Source: Bigelowiella natans CCMP2755
Taxonomy: Eukaryota; Protista; Cercozoa
Reading direction: 5' to 3'
NCBI GenBank assembly: GCA_000320545.1
Contig: ADNK01002535.1
Span: 1 to 36,503, forward strand
DNA length: 36,503 nucleotides
How positions within the stretch are numbered: the first letter of the stretch is position 1; every line of letters starts with the position of its first letter. The translations under genes and the position numbers were made by a program. Under the pieces are notes generated by a model, which was not told the origin of the DNA, did not search any database, and worked only from the letters and a program-made list of their open reading frames with translations. This document shows positions 1-11,921 of this stretch, piece after piece.

Positions 1-44
1 CCCCCCCCCCCCCCCCCCCCGCCTCCCCACCCCACAACCTTCAG

Positions 45-1912
45 TCGCGGAGAGTGCCGATAAGGACGAAGCTAATGACGGGGCAGACGCGGGAGAAAGC
101 AAGGGCGATGGCCAAGAAAACGATGGTGATGATAATGCTAGTACCAATGCCAAAGAAGCTGAGGAGAAGCAGAAGGATGTAGAGGAGACCGAGGAGGACG
201 ACGAGGCTGATGATAGCAATGACGAGGGGGGTACTAGCAGCGCTACTCCAAGAAGTAAAAGTCCGCAGCTTCAAGGAGGTGTTACTATTGAGGAGAAAAT
301 TATATCAGTGAATATTTGTGTGTAGTAGTGTGTAGTAGTGTGTAGTAGTGTGTAGTTTGTGCGTATGTGTGATGAACGCTGAGAAAGGCCAGGCGCACAC
401 ACTGGCAGCACCACCTTTTCCATCACACCGTCACCGCTCTATAGTAACGTTACCTGCTCTGTTGTTCGTCGCCATCCTTGGCCCACAGGTCTCATTAGCG
501 GAGACATCGTCGAGATCTCTGACCTGCGCAAGCCCCCAGGAAGGTATTCGTCTCCAACGCTACCACAACGCTTGGATTCCTATTGCCAACACGATGCTGA
601 TGACGCTGCTGCTAATTCGCTATTTCCCACGAGATCGTCCCCGCCCCCCCCCCCCGCCCCCCTCTAACCCTATCGTGACACGTACCTCATGCACATTAAA
701 TGTTCCCGTAAAACATGCTAAGATTCCGCCTCCGGAGCTGGGGAGCCGGTAGCAAGGACTTGCGAATGGCCGTCGCCGGGACAATAATCGAGCGAGCGGC
801 GCGGGTTAGTAAATAACAAGAACTGATGATGACACATACGCACATAAAGAAAGGCGGGGATGTGCAGTCCCGCCATCGCTGAATTCCGACTAATAAAGAA
901 AACGGAGGCTAGGCGGGGGGGGGGAGGGAGGGGGGGCGACGGACTCGCGAACGTCCTCTCAGAAGCAGCGGCCGCCGTTGTTTATTTTGTGTTTTGGATA
1001 TCGATCGTTTCCAGGTGCTGCAGCTTTCTCAGGGAGTGTCGTGGCACGAGAGGCGAGGCGCGGAAAAAATGGAGAAGAAGCTCATGGTAATTGTTGTTCT
1101 TTGCCCTTTGCTTCGATTGCAGGCCCTCAAATAGATGCATTCTGGGGCCGAGGCTGGTGTTTGAATTCATGCATTGTGCTAACCCGCTCTCCCCCTCTGA
1201 TGGGCGCTGATGGGCGCTGACGTCCGTGTCATTTTCTAAACAGGAGGTCAACTCTCGGGGACCGCCCGACGAGAAATCAATCGGTTTCATCAACGCCAGG
1301 CAGTTTAAGTACATGGCGCTGCACGTGCTTGAGGCAGCAGGTGCTGCTGTTCATCACCCATGACGTCGGCGACGATGATGATGACGATGACGATGATGAT
1401 GATGGTGGTGGTGGTGGTGGTGATTGGGTTTTTCCCTAAGATACATCCAGATACTGCAGCTTATTATCGAAGTACTGCCTGTGAGAAACATGTTAATAAC
1501 AATGCGCTTTATGTCTTTCTCTCCCCCCCCCCCCCCCCCCTCATATCCCATGAAGATGCATTTGGCGATGAGTTGAAGATGCTCAGCCGCCCGGAGGAGG
1601 AAGAGGCAGCCAGCTCTAAGAACACAAGCAAGGGCGCGACAGGGGAGAACGAGGAGAAGGACGATGGGAAGCAACACGCCGCCAACGAAGAAGGGGATGG
1701 AGACGAGGGCCAGGACGCTGATGAAGACGAGAATGGCAATGAAGATGATGCTGCCGCGCAGGGACAGGGGGAGGGTGGGGAAGAGGATGATGGAACTACC
1801 ACCGAACCAGAGGGCGAAAACGCTACGGAGGGTGAAGGAGGAGGAGGAAAGCAGGAGGATATCGTGGAGGTGATAGGGAAAAGTGCTAAGGTGATAAATA
1901 CTCCTACTTTGC

Positions 1913-1954
<42 letters not shown>

Positions 1955-2075
1955 ATTATGTGCGCGTTTGCGTGTGAAGTTGTGAATACGCCGAGTCTAC
2001 TCAAACGTGTGGATGGGCGCACATAACAAACATGCGAGGAGTTGTCCTATTCCGTTTATTTGAGCCATGAATATG

Positions 2076-2113
<38 letters not shown>

Positions 2114-2666
2114 ACTGCTGCTCCGTTTTCATTGCCCCTCTCCTCCTTGTCCCCCCTCCCCAGAATATTGCAGAGCTCGTCGCCCTGTATGCTTTGCCCA
2201 ACGTCGCCGATATGGGTGACGAGGAAGACATTGCCCTGAGAAAGATGAGGAGGAAAAGGAGACCAAAGGCGGGGGGGGGCAAGAAGCATATGGACGATAC
2301 CAAGACGAAGACCACGGCTGACTCAAAAGCGGCGGATTCCAAAACGAGAGGGAAGAGAGGGAGAGCGGGGGGGAGATCGTCCGGCCGGTATGGCAGCAGA
2401 AGCAACGCTCGAAGAGGCGGCCGCCGCGGCAAAGGTGGGATACGTTTTGTACAAGTGTTGGTGCGTGGTAGGTTCCTGGTGTTTCTGCGAACGCTCCTTT
2501 CAATCTTACCTCCTTCCCCATTTTTGTTTCCTCCTCCTCTCAATTAGGGGGTCGTAGCGGATACAAGCCACGTCGCAAAGGGGGGGGGGGCGAAAGCGGA
2601 GGGGGTCGGCCCCCCAGTCGGAGCCGCAGTCGGGGCCGCAGGATTTACCGGAAAGTCTTACAGTAG
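45..2666 (+). CDS. 3' part of a multi-exon gene (about 10 exons; 5' end outside the window) for an unknown protein with two acidic low-complexity tracts and an Arg/Gly-rich (RGG-like) basic C-terminus; possibly nucleic-acid binding
   Basis: Phase-consistent GT-AG exons at approximately 45-278, 489-544, 723-748, 1014-1087, 1123-1156, 1244-1340, 1441-1480, 1556-1890, 2164-2434 and 2548-2666 (TAG). Peptides include ...EETEEDDEADDSNDEG...LISGDIVEISDLRKPPGRFRLRSW...NIAELVALYALPNVADMGDEEDIALRKMRRKRR...GGRRGKGGRSGYKPRRK. The middle exons are less certain. Confidence 0.6.
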
Positions 2667-2758
2667 CACGTGGGGGCGAGAGGGACGAGCGATAGATGTG
2701 ACATCGCTTTACATGTTCTGGTGTAAGATATTTATTACATCTGACATGTGCATACCTG

Positions 2759-2824
<66 letters not shown>

Positions 2825-2859
2825 GCGATGAGCGATGCAATATCGTCGGTCGCTGCACA

Positions 2860-4180
2860 ATGACTTGATCAGATAGGTCTTGAGGTCTACTAGCATAGTT
2901 AGCTGTCTAGCAGGCTAGCAGGCGTACATTTCCAGCTGGCTAGCCGGTTAGCAAGCGCTTTCGCCATGCTAACATGCGATGCCTGTTTGCGGTACCGCGC
3001 GCCTTTGTTAGCTTTGAGGCAGGCTAGCTAGCTAGCCCGCCTGCTAGCCTCAGCACGCGGCCGCCACTCGCATCCATCGTTCTCGCTAACGTCCTGCACT
3101 CGATCACTGCTCTCGCTAGCTCGTTACGTTTTGCACGCTGTTTAGCTGTCTAGCTTCCTGTGTGAAATCATTCCACCGGTCTCGCACAGGCTCGATCAGT
3201 GCATCAGTCTGGCAGTGCAAGCAGTCTGCCCGGCTAGCCGGGTTGACTAGTTGACATGCAGATGACGGGTCATCTTTCCACCCCCACAACCTCCTTGAGC
3301 TCAAGCAATGAGGTGTCTCTAATTCTTCCCAAAATCAGAGATGCTAGCTAGTAGTGAGGCAAGCCTGACTAGCTAGCAGGACGTTCAGCTGGCCAGATTG
3401 CATGACGTCACTGAGACTGGCTAGCTGGGTTTGGATCGATCGACAATTGCGTCTGGACACCATCCAGCACTGAGCAGGTCAATGGTTCGCAACGATGTCA
3501 CTGCGACACTGCATGTGGCATAAATGTGCGCGCGCGCAAACATCTCACGAGAAACAAGCATTTCCATGCATGGTTTCAGGTTGCAACCAGTGTTGAGCGC
3601 AGGTGATTCTGCGACCACTGGACCACTGGGTGCTGAGCCGAGCTAGCGAGGCCCCATTGCTAGCATTGGGTGGAAAGAATGAAGTGAGTGTTGGTGTAGT
3701 TCGCTGCTTTCAGTGGAGTGGCAGATTAGCCCAACCCAATGGATGAATGAACGAATGAATGAAGCGATTCTGCAGGAGCGGTTGAAAGGACCATGCCAGC
3801 ATGGGTCAAATCCAATCCTGGCAGTGAACAATGAACAATGAACAATGCGATGATGAACTACATTTCCAAAATGTTGCAAGACATTTGCAGTGTTCGAAAT
3901 GCAGTGCCTCGAACTGGCTTCAGTGAGGACTGTGACTAGCAAAACAACTAGCTGGTTTTTCAAATTGGCATGATTTAGTCATTGTGTTGCAATGACACTA
4001 GCGGCAAAACACTGACGGCGCAAGACCTCCACTCTGAGCAAAAACTTCCTGAAGGCCATGTCCACATGACGATCTACGTTTGGATCAACCGAGGGGGCCC
4101 CCAGCAAAACTTTGGTTTTGGCAGAGTCCGGAGCATCAAAGAATGAAGAGCAGAAGGAAGAATCTGGGCCCAGAGCTGAT
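2860..4180. repeat. Degenerate intergenic island (CTAG/GCTAGC- and TG/CA-rich), probably a decayed repeat or transposon
   Basis: Dense gctagc/ctag/tgca/catg words, no microsatellites and no coherent spliced ORF; lies between two genes. Confidence 0.45.
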
Positions 4181-4326
4181 CTCATGCGCGAGAGAAGTGG
4201 TGAATGGAGTTTGCTGATGTGGTTGAATATCTTATAAAAATGTCTATTGTTATTTTTCCTTGTCGCACAGAGAAATTATCCTGCATTTCGTGCCATTTTC
4301 CGAAATCCCTGTCGACGACGCCTCGA

Positions 4327-4505
4327 ATGGACGATGGCCCAGGTGGGGGGGGCAGGGCAGGGCAGGGCAGGGCAGGGCAGGGCAGTGCAGATTGGACAAC
4401 AGAGTGCGAGAGTCGTGCATTCCTGCTAGAAGGGCCGCGAGGAGATCGTAAAGCTGGGGTCATTGGGGGAAACGATAACTTGCTTCAGATCTGTAGGTTA
4501 TGTGT

Positions 4506-4546
<41 letters not shown>

Positions 4547-5252
4547 TGCTTTAGCCAAGGAATCTTGCAGCTCAGTACAAAAAACTACGGGAACAACGTA
4601 AGGAGTTGGAAGCACTACGAGATATTCTTAAGGAGGAACAGAAAGCACCAACCGATGATGCAAAACAGAGCACTGCGGGGTCTTTTTCGGTGGCAAAGGT
4701 CATCCAATTTCACACTTATTCACTCGCACGAATCATACCCGCACGGTATTGCTGGCGTATTTTCTGCCATAGCCGGTCTTATATCTTCTGAGTATATCTG
4801 TGTGAATCTCCCAGGTTATTAGCGCTGCGGCGAGAATAATGGCTGATGTCTTCAAAGGTGCTAACGATCTTACACGTTATGCCCACGTTGAAGTGCTTCT
4901 ATGGTTTTGCCGTCGTAATCCTCCTGCTTTGCTTTCAGGCACCGAAGTGAAAAAGATGGCGAAAAGCAACCCCATGAACCTAAGGTAGGACGATGGTGAT
5001 GGTGCAGTAATTGAGATTTTCCCCCTGGAAATGTGTACGTGAGCGTTGATTAAGTGCGGGGCCGTTTTTCTAAAGATCGCAGCTTTGAATAAGAATTCCT
5101 TGAGCTTACAACACCTGTATAGAATTGAGAGTAGCTAGTGGAATGACGTTGAGTGGGTGCTCTTCTTCAGTGTGAGAGTGAGGAACCCGACTACATTCGA
5201 TTCGAAGGTATATGTGTTTGATGCAAGCCACGCGCGCCATGCACACATTTAG

Positions 5253-5309
<57 letters not shown>

Positions 5310-6316
5310 CAATGCATGCGCACGCATGGTTGAATTTGCATTATTGAAATTGGCGAACTCCTTCACAGAAGGACACCTCGAGAATCAACTTCTCACTGAA
5401 AAAGTGCGAGCCTCCACAAGGTCAGAGCTTGCTTTGCAACCTTTATTTTTGCTTGAAAGAAAGAATTGAAAATATGATTACCACCCTACGACGCGGCCAC
5501 TTAACGCCAGCCCATGTAAATTAAATGCGGTTAGATGTCACAGCTAGGATAGAAAAGAGCGCGCCCGGCTCAACCATTAGGTAGTAAGTCATGCTTTCGT
5601 CCAGGCAGCTAACATGTCCATCGAGCTGCAATTGCATTTTTCTCTGGCTAATATTAAGACAACTACAATTTCTCAATTTCTCCCGTTCTATGTTACATCC
5701 CCCCCCCCCCCAAATAATCCTCTCCACTACAACAGAATTCCAATATCGACGGTTATAAAGCTCGATCTGAAGCAGGGTACACAGCATGCTGCGTTTTGTT
5801 TTCATAAATTTCAAATAACTGAACGTTAGCACGACGCATATCTTCTGTGCGGCGACGATTCAATCACCCTCACTCGCTCCTTTCTCCGTTGTTAAAGGAA
5901 AGTCTGCGGAGACTGTTGCGAAGGCCTTTACAGGTTGGTTTCACCACTTATAAATCAATACGTCTATTTGGCGCATATAGTGCATGTTTGGTGTATTGAC
6001 TGGGTACAATCTATCGTTTGTGTGTTGGTGCAGATATCATCGAGAAGCATGTTCTTTCAAAGGAGCCTATGCTGCGGTGTCATGGTAGCGCGAGATCTTG
6101 TGTTTGTTAGGTGTCTACCGAGACGTTTGAGTGAGAAAGTCCGTGCGTGTGCGTGTGCGTGTGCGTGTGCGTGTGCGTGTGCTTTTGTGTGCGTTTGTGT
6201 TGTTGTGGTGTGTTGCGTTTTGTTTTGTTGTTATTAGTACGCAGCACTTCGACAAGCATTGTGTTCGAATTCGGCCTTTTTGCTGCCCGAGGTGACGACT
6301 GTTCCATCGCTCGCAT

Positions 6317-6356
<40 letters not shown>

Positions 6357-6490
6357 ACACAATGAGTGGAAAAGGGGGTTGCGAGGGAGGAATTTTACAG
6401 AAGATATATATAACTATATATATCTTCGTATTTGTGCTACATAAATACAGATTTGAGAGGCAGCTTCTTTGTTGATTATTATTTGTCCCT

Positions 6491-6528
<38 letters not shown>

Positions 6529-6658
6529 TCTCTCTCTCTCGATTTTCCTTTCTCTTCACGTTTCAGACAAAGAATCACAGAAATTGTGCGAGGCTATCAA
6601 TCACGCAGCAACTCAATATAACAACGTGCGAATGAATATCCGAGTCTCTATCTCTCTC

Positions 6659-6707
<49 letters not shown>

Positions 6708-8262
6708 CTCACACACACACGCACACGCACACGCACACATACCGCACAAAGTAATAAATACACCAATATATATTAATTTAATTTCGCGGCACTTGCAAAA
6801 CAATAGAATGAAGTCATCCTCATCACCGCCCATCATCACCGCCCATCATCACCGCCCATCATCACCGCCCATCATCACCGCCCATCATCACCGCAACCAT
6901 CACCATCATCATCATCATCATCATCACCACCACCACCACCGAAAGCGGCAGAGGCAGCAGCGGTATATCTACCATAACACACGTACCAATCGTCTGTGTG
7001 TACCGTAACGCAGAGTGGATCTGAATGCTCTGGCGAGATCAGCCTAGGGTGCAGCATTCCGAAGGTCTTCTTCGGCGCAAAGCCATCGATGAACTCCCTG
7101 ATCTCCCTCGCTCAGATGGTAAATATCAAGAACCAAACATGTACAACTTGCAACGGAGATTGCATCCAATTTAGCCTCCGGCAAGTCGGGTATTTAAGTG
7201 TAGGCGAGCGCATTGATCATCGCACATGCTTTCGCCCTGGAACGGCGGCCTTTCACCGTCACATTGAAGCCGTCTGCTGGCAGCAAAAATATGGATGGGA
7301 AGTGACGCTAGAAATTCAGCAATGCGTTCTTTTTCGAATTTGTAAATATTATATGACTTCTCAATATCATTGTCGACAATATGTCAATCTGCTTTCCAAT
7401 CCCCCCCCCCCCCCCCCCCCTCGCGCCCCTTTCGCACCCGCGTGCGCACCTACCGGCGCATTTACTTACAGTGTGTCAAGATGAACTTCCGGATAGAGAA
7501 AGCTCTCGCTGTGATGGCCATGCGGTCTTTCCAGGCAGATGCACGTCTAGCGATGCTCGGAGCAGTCAATGAAGGTGATTGAGTACATTACTCTGCTGTC
7601 TTATGTTTAGCCTATAAGTGGCGGCGATGGTAGTTTGTGTTATCAGGATTGCTGATTTTGCCCAAGGTTTTTACCTGCAAAATGTTGTCGCTGGCCACTC
7701 TTGAGAAAATCAGAATTAGCTGGAATGCATGATTTAGACGTTTCTTCTTGTGTGCGTTGGAGATGTCAGATCATGGGATTTTTTTGGCAATTCTGCTTGA
7801 AGAGTGCATGCTATTATGACCATTGCGCGTTTTACTCTTTTTGGTGATGTGCGGCAGCTTCGATTGATTTGAGCTTCGGAGAGGCGATAGAGTTACTCGA
7901 CCTCCAGAAAATCAAGGGGTATATGGAGACGGTGCCAACAATGATGAAGATGGCCTTCATGCAGGCAAAGCAGCCGGCTCTCGTCATTGCGAACCTCATT
8001 AAAGTCAGTATATTTTTGCGCACACATGGGAAACTGACACGTGCGCTCGAGTGGTATTCTGATATCGGTTTTTATCACTTTTCAGGCATTTAGTCCCGGG
8101 ATGATGCTGAAATTGCCCACGGAGGTTAGGGAGTTCCTAAAGCTATTCAAGGCCAATTGTGAGCGCATCGACGACGTGTCTCTCGTGTTTGATGGCGGCG
8201 CGGCGCTAGTTCTGCAGCAATCGGAGATATTTGAGAATTGCGTTCTCCCTGTTGTCCCCTGA
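4327..8262 (+). CDS. Multi-exon gene (roughly 14-15 exons) for an unknown protein with an N-terminal coiled-coil-like segment
   Basis: Coding-like blocks bounded by AG/GT: RNLAAQYKKLREQRKELEALRDILKEEQK (about 4560-4698), VISAAARIMADVFKGANDLTRYAHVEVLLWFCRRNPP (about 4815-4984), DIIEKHVLSKEPMLRCH, CVKMNFRIEKALAVMAMRSFQADARLAMLGAVNE, SIDLSFGEAIELLDLQKIKGYMETV, and a final exon AFSPGMMLKLP...CVLPVVP* (TGA ending 8262). Introns contain (GGGCA)n, (TG)n, (TA)n and (CT)n. The start codon and some internal junctions are tentative. Confidence 0.55.
6821..6894 (+). repeat. 13-bp minisatellite (CATCACCGCCCAT) x about 5.5, followed by (CAT/CAC)n; intronic
   Basis: Tandem units read directly from the sequence. 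Confidence 0.85.
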
Positions 8263-8379
8263 GCTGGTTTGACTGAGCAGTGATTGAGCGAGGGGGGGAA
8301 AGTTCCTCACTCATGATCATCGTCAAAATATGCTATGTTTAATAGCTTCTTATCATGTTTGTTAATGGTCCTCCGAATT

Positions 8380-11300
8380 CTACACGTGCACACACACGGT
8401 GTATCTAGTTGTGTTGAAGAATGCAACTTGAACTTGCACCTCAGCTGCATTGCAGTCGTAGGTAGCATTAGCCGCTACGATGCCAGCATGCATGGCTAGC
8501 TAGATGGGTGGCAACCAACGAACATTAAAAGCTGATAGTGTGTCCTGCTATGCACACTTTGCTGCGTTTTAGTTCACATTGCACAGGCGGGTGCATGTAT
8601 TCCATCATTGATTGTGCAGAATTTGGCGCATGCGTGACATTGAAGTTGCAAGTTGCAACATGGGCATGGCATTCGCAACATGTGTTGTGCACATGTCGTG
8701 AAAACGTGAACCCCAACCATCGTCATGCATGTTTTTAGTTGATCTCCAATTGGCGCATTTAGCGCGCGTTCCCACTCATGATGCACCTCCATTTTTTGCA
8801 CGACGACTATGGACACAGTGTGTGCAATGTGCACAATGTGCATCATGCACACGATGCACACGCATGTGCATCACATGTGACGTGCGGCTTGCAAAAGTGC
8901 CAAATGCAGTCTGCACTTGGGCTTTGTTCATTGCTACATGGCCTTGCATGCTGGCATGCTAGCTTGCATTGTGCGCTGCACTTGCACTTTCTAGCTTTGT
9001 CACTTGTCACACTCGTGCTCACACACACTTAATTGTTGAGCAGCGCACACACAAATCAGAGCCTGGCGATTCGAACAGTTGTCATGATTCACCAGAAAAC
9101 CCGAAGGGGCTGGTTCGGATCTGACAAATGCCTCCAATGGAGTTTGCGCACGTGTTAGCTCTAGAATTACTGCGGGCATCCGTGTAGATTTTCACCATCA
9201 AAGAAATTGTTTCTGATTCAATGAGCCATTTGCACATTGCTGCAGCCTTGCATGCTTGTGCGCAAGTGCTTTGACCTTGCATGCTTGTGTGACATTGTGA
9301 CATGCGTGGTCAATTGCGTGGCGGGTGGTTGCTCATGCAAGCTACAGGGACATCAATGTTCACACACGTGTACGCGTAAGGAACACATGCACCCATTAAT
9401 GTCCACACAAAGCTAGCAAGGGCCGCCTACACTTGCATGCTAGCATGGCGCATGCATGCGCAGAAGTTCGATCTGCGAACTCCTGGGAAGGTTCGCAAAT
9501 CTTCGGCAACCTTCTGGAGATTCGAAAAACTGCGCGAATGCTTCGCAAATGCACAAATGTGCGCAACTTGCACATCTAGACATGCATGTGACAACATCAA
9601 ACAAAGCAACACAGCAAAACTCAATTTGCTCTGACATGCTTGCAATGACATTGCAGCGCCGCGCATCTCGCAGCTCGTGCGTGTGCACTGCACTTGCATT
9701 TTGTCATGCTCATGATTGTGGACACATGATGTCACATGTGTGTTGCATGTGCCATTGCTGTGTCCATTGTCATGTTCACATGCACATTTGATTCAAGCAG
9801 CGCAATCCAGCAATGTTGCAAAATGACAAAATTCCAATTTGCGCTCACTTGGAACTGTTTTCGATTCAATTGTCAAACAGTCTAGCAGTGCTAGAGTGCT
9901 CATCGTCCAACATTGTGCGTGTCGCCGCCGTCGTCGTCTTCGTTGTCGTCGTCGTCGTCATCATGTGTGGTCGGTCATGACCACCAAGCGTGTGCTTGCA
10001 TTCATGATGTAGTTTTGTTCTGGATCAGTTTTGGTAGCAGTGTGTTAGATGCATGCTGGGGGGACAAAATGAGTTGGTAAGTTTGGCATTTTGGCCCCGC
10101 TAGCCCGCTTGGGCCAGTGCGACATGGAAGATGTTGTGTTGCAAAAGGGAACTTTTGCAGCACAAGTTAGCGAAATGATGGCTGGGGAAAAATGTTGCCT
10201 TTTCAATCTGAAAACAGCGTGATGTGATGTGTTCAACTGAGCTAGTTGCAGCAAAGTGAAACGCGCGCGCAAAAGTCAAAAGACCCGCGTGCGAGCGGTA
10301 ATGTCCTCTTGGGAGCTTGTTTCAGCATGCATGCTCAAGCTCACAATGTGTTTTGCATCATCAGGGTTTTAGTGTTTTGTTTTCAAAAGCTTTGATTGCA
10401 TTGACGTGCAACTACAAGCATCAGCTAGCAGCGCGTCTGTTTGCTAATTACATCATGACTGCACTGTCATCCGTCCTTTGCTGTGTGCGGGCGAAATTTG
10501 GTTGCAATTATCTTGTTGTGCGATGTTGGATGTGCACACGATGGTGATTGAACGAAGCTGTTTTTGTGCATTTTTCTTGCTAGCTTGGCACATGCACATC
10601 TACACATGCACATCTACACATGCAGTCTAGGCAATGCAAAATGCAATGCCTTTTTGTGCGCGGTGCCAGCATGTTGGCATTTTTGGTTAGTCGCAGTACG
10701 TGACGCAAGCGTGTGCACGGTGACTTGTGAATGCTGGTCGCAATCCACTGCCAGAAGAATCGTGACTAGCTAGCTAGCTAGCATTGCAACACAGCGTCGA
10801 ATGATGACAGATTGCATCGTCAGTCCGATGGCATGCAGATCGCATCCAGCTGGCTAGCTGGGCACAAACGTAACACTTGAAAACAAGCAACACATTCATT
10901 GCGAACACATTTGAACAAACATGCTAGCATGTTTGTACAAACATGCTGGCATGCTTGTTCAAATGTTTCTAGGTTTGTTCAAATGCGAAGAACATTTTGA
11001 AAAAATGTTTGCAAACGTACACTAAGTGCTTGCAAACCATTCTAGCATTGTTTGATTTGTTCGCAAATGCTGCGCGAGCGCCTAATAAAAACAAGTGTTT
11101 GATTTGAACAAACAATCTTTGGTTTGTTCAAACGCATTTGAACATGTTTGTTTTCAAGCATTTGTGCCCAGCTAGCAGCAGCTAGCCAGCTCTGTGTGTG
11201 CTGCTAGCTAGCTAGCATGCCAGCAATCATGCTAGCATGCTAGCACAGCTAGACAGTAGCACTGATACCATCACACCTCTAGCTAGACCTTTTGCAGGCG

Positions 11301-11700
11301 TTCTAGCGTTAGCTCGTATTAGGGCTGTCCAGCATCGCACTCTTTTCTGCACATCTAGCAGACATGCTAGTGTGCATATGGCTAGATGGGCGTGACAAAT
11401 TTCGAAACATGCACGGCCTTGCTATCTGCTATGCGCTGCAGTTGTTTCCTGAATTTAGATGGATTAGCACGGTGTAGTGGATCTTGCTTTGAGACACGTG
11501 CGAATGACAAACACGTAACAGAATATGTCAAATGTTGTTCGCTAGCGCGTACATAAACCAAATGATTTTCAGTTGTGATGTTGATCAGTGGTGCTTGTGA
11601 ATAAGAAACGTGAACTGCAAGGCAATTACGTTGTACAATTCTCTGCCGAAGTTCGTGTAGCTAAGAAAACTGAGCTGACGTGCAGCAGCAAGAGATACGA
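8380..11700. repeat. Large degenerate intergenic island (TpA-depleted; TGCA/CATG/CTAG-rich) between convergent genes; probably decayed mobile DNA
   Basis: Spurious ORFs here are rich in Cys/His/Met/Ala and poor in Tyr; TA survives mostly inside CTAG/TTAA/TTAG. Confidence 0.55.
10853..11176. mobile_element. MITE-like/foldback element of about 325 bp with terminal inverted repeats and internal palindromes
   Basis: The left end GCTAGCTGGGCACAAAcgtaacaCTTGAAAACAAgCA matches the reverse complement of the right end (GCTAGCTGGGCACAAAtgCTTGAAAACAAaCA). There is a near-perfect 60-bp palindrome at about 10907-10966, and the motif TTTGAACAAAC/GTTTGTTCAAA recurs in both orientations. No coding capacity. 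Confidence 0.65.
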
Positions 11701-11921
11701 AGACAATCAAATGAATAAGGCTTGACGGGTGTGAACCCGAAAACTGGGATTTAGTTAATGAAAAAAGGGTGGATGAGAGACTAACAAAAGTAAAGTGATA
11801 AAAACACCTTCAACTTCAAATTTCTGTTTCACTGGCATTATTTGTCGGTTAAGAATTCTAGGCCGATTTTAAACACTAATCACTAAAACGTATATACAAA
11901 AACATCATTCAGTAGGGAGAC

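Noticed and set aside
3979-4185. ORF vaguely like the C-terminus of a non-LTR retrotransposon ORF2
   Set aside because: No RT, endonuclease or zinc-knuckle motif is recognisable.
6821-6894. CRISPR-like array
   Set aside because: Head-to-tail 13-mer with no spacers, in a eukaryotic intron.
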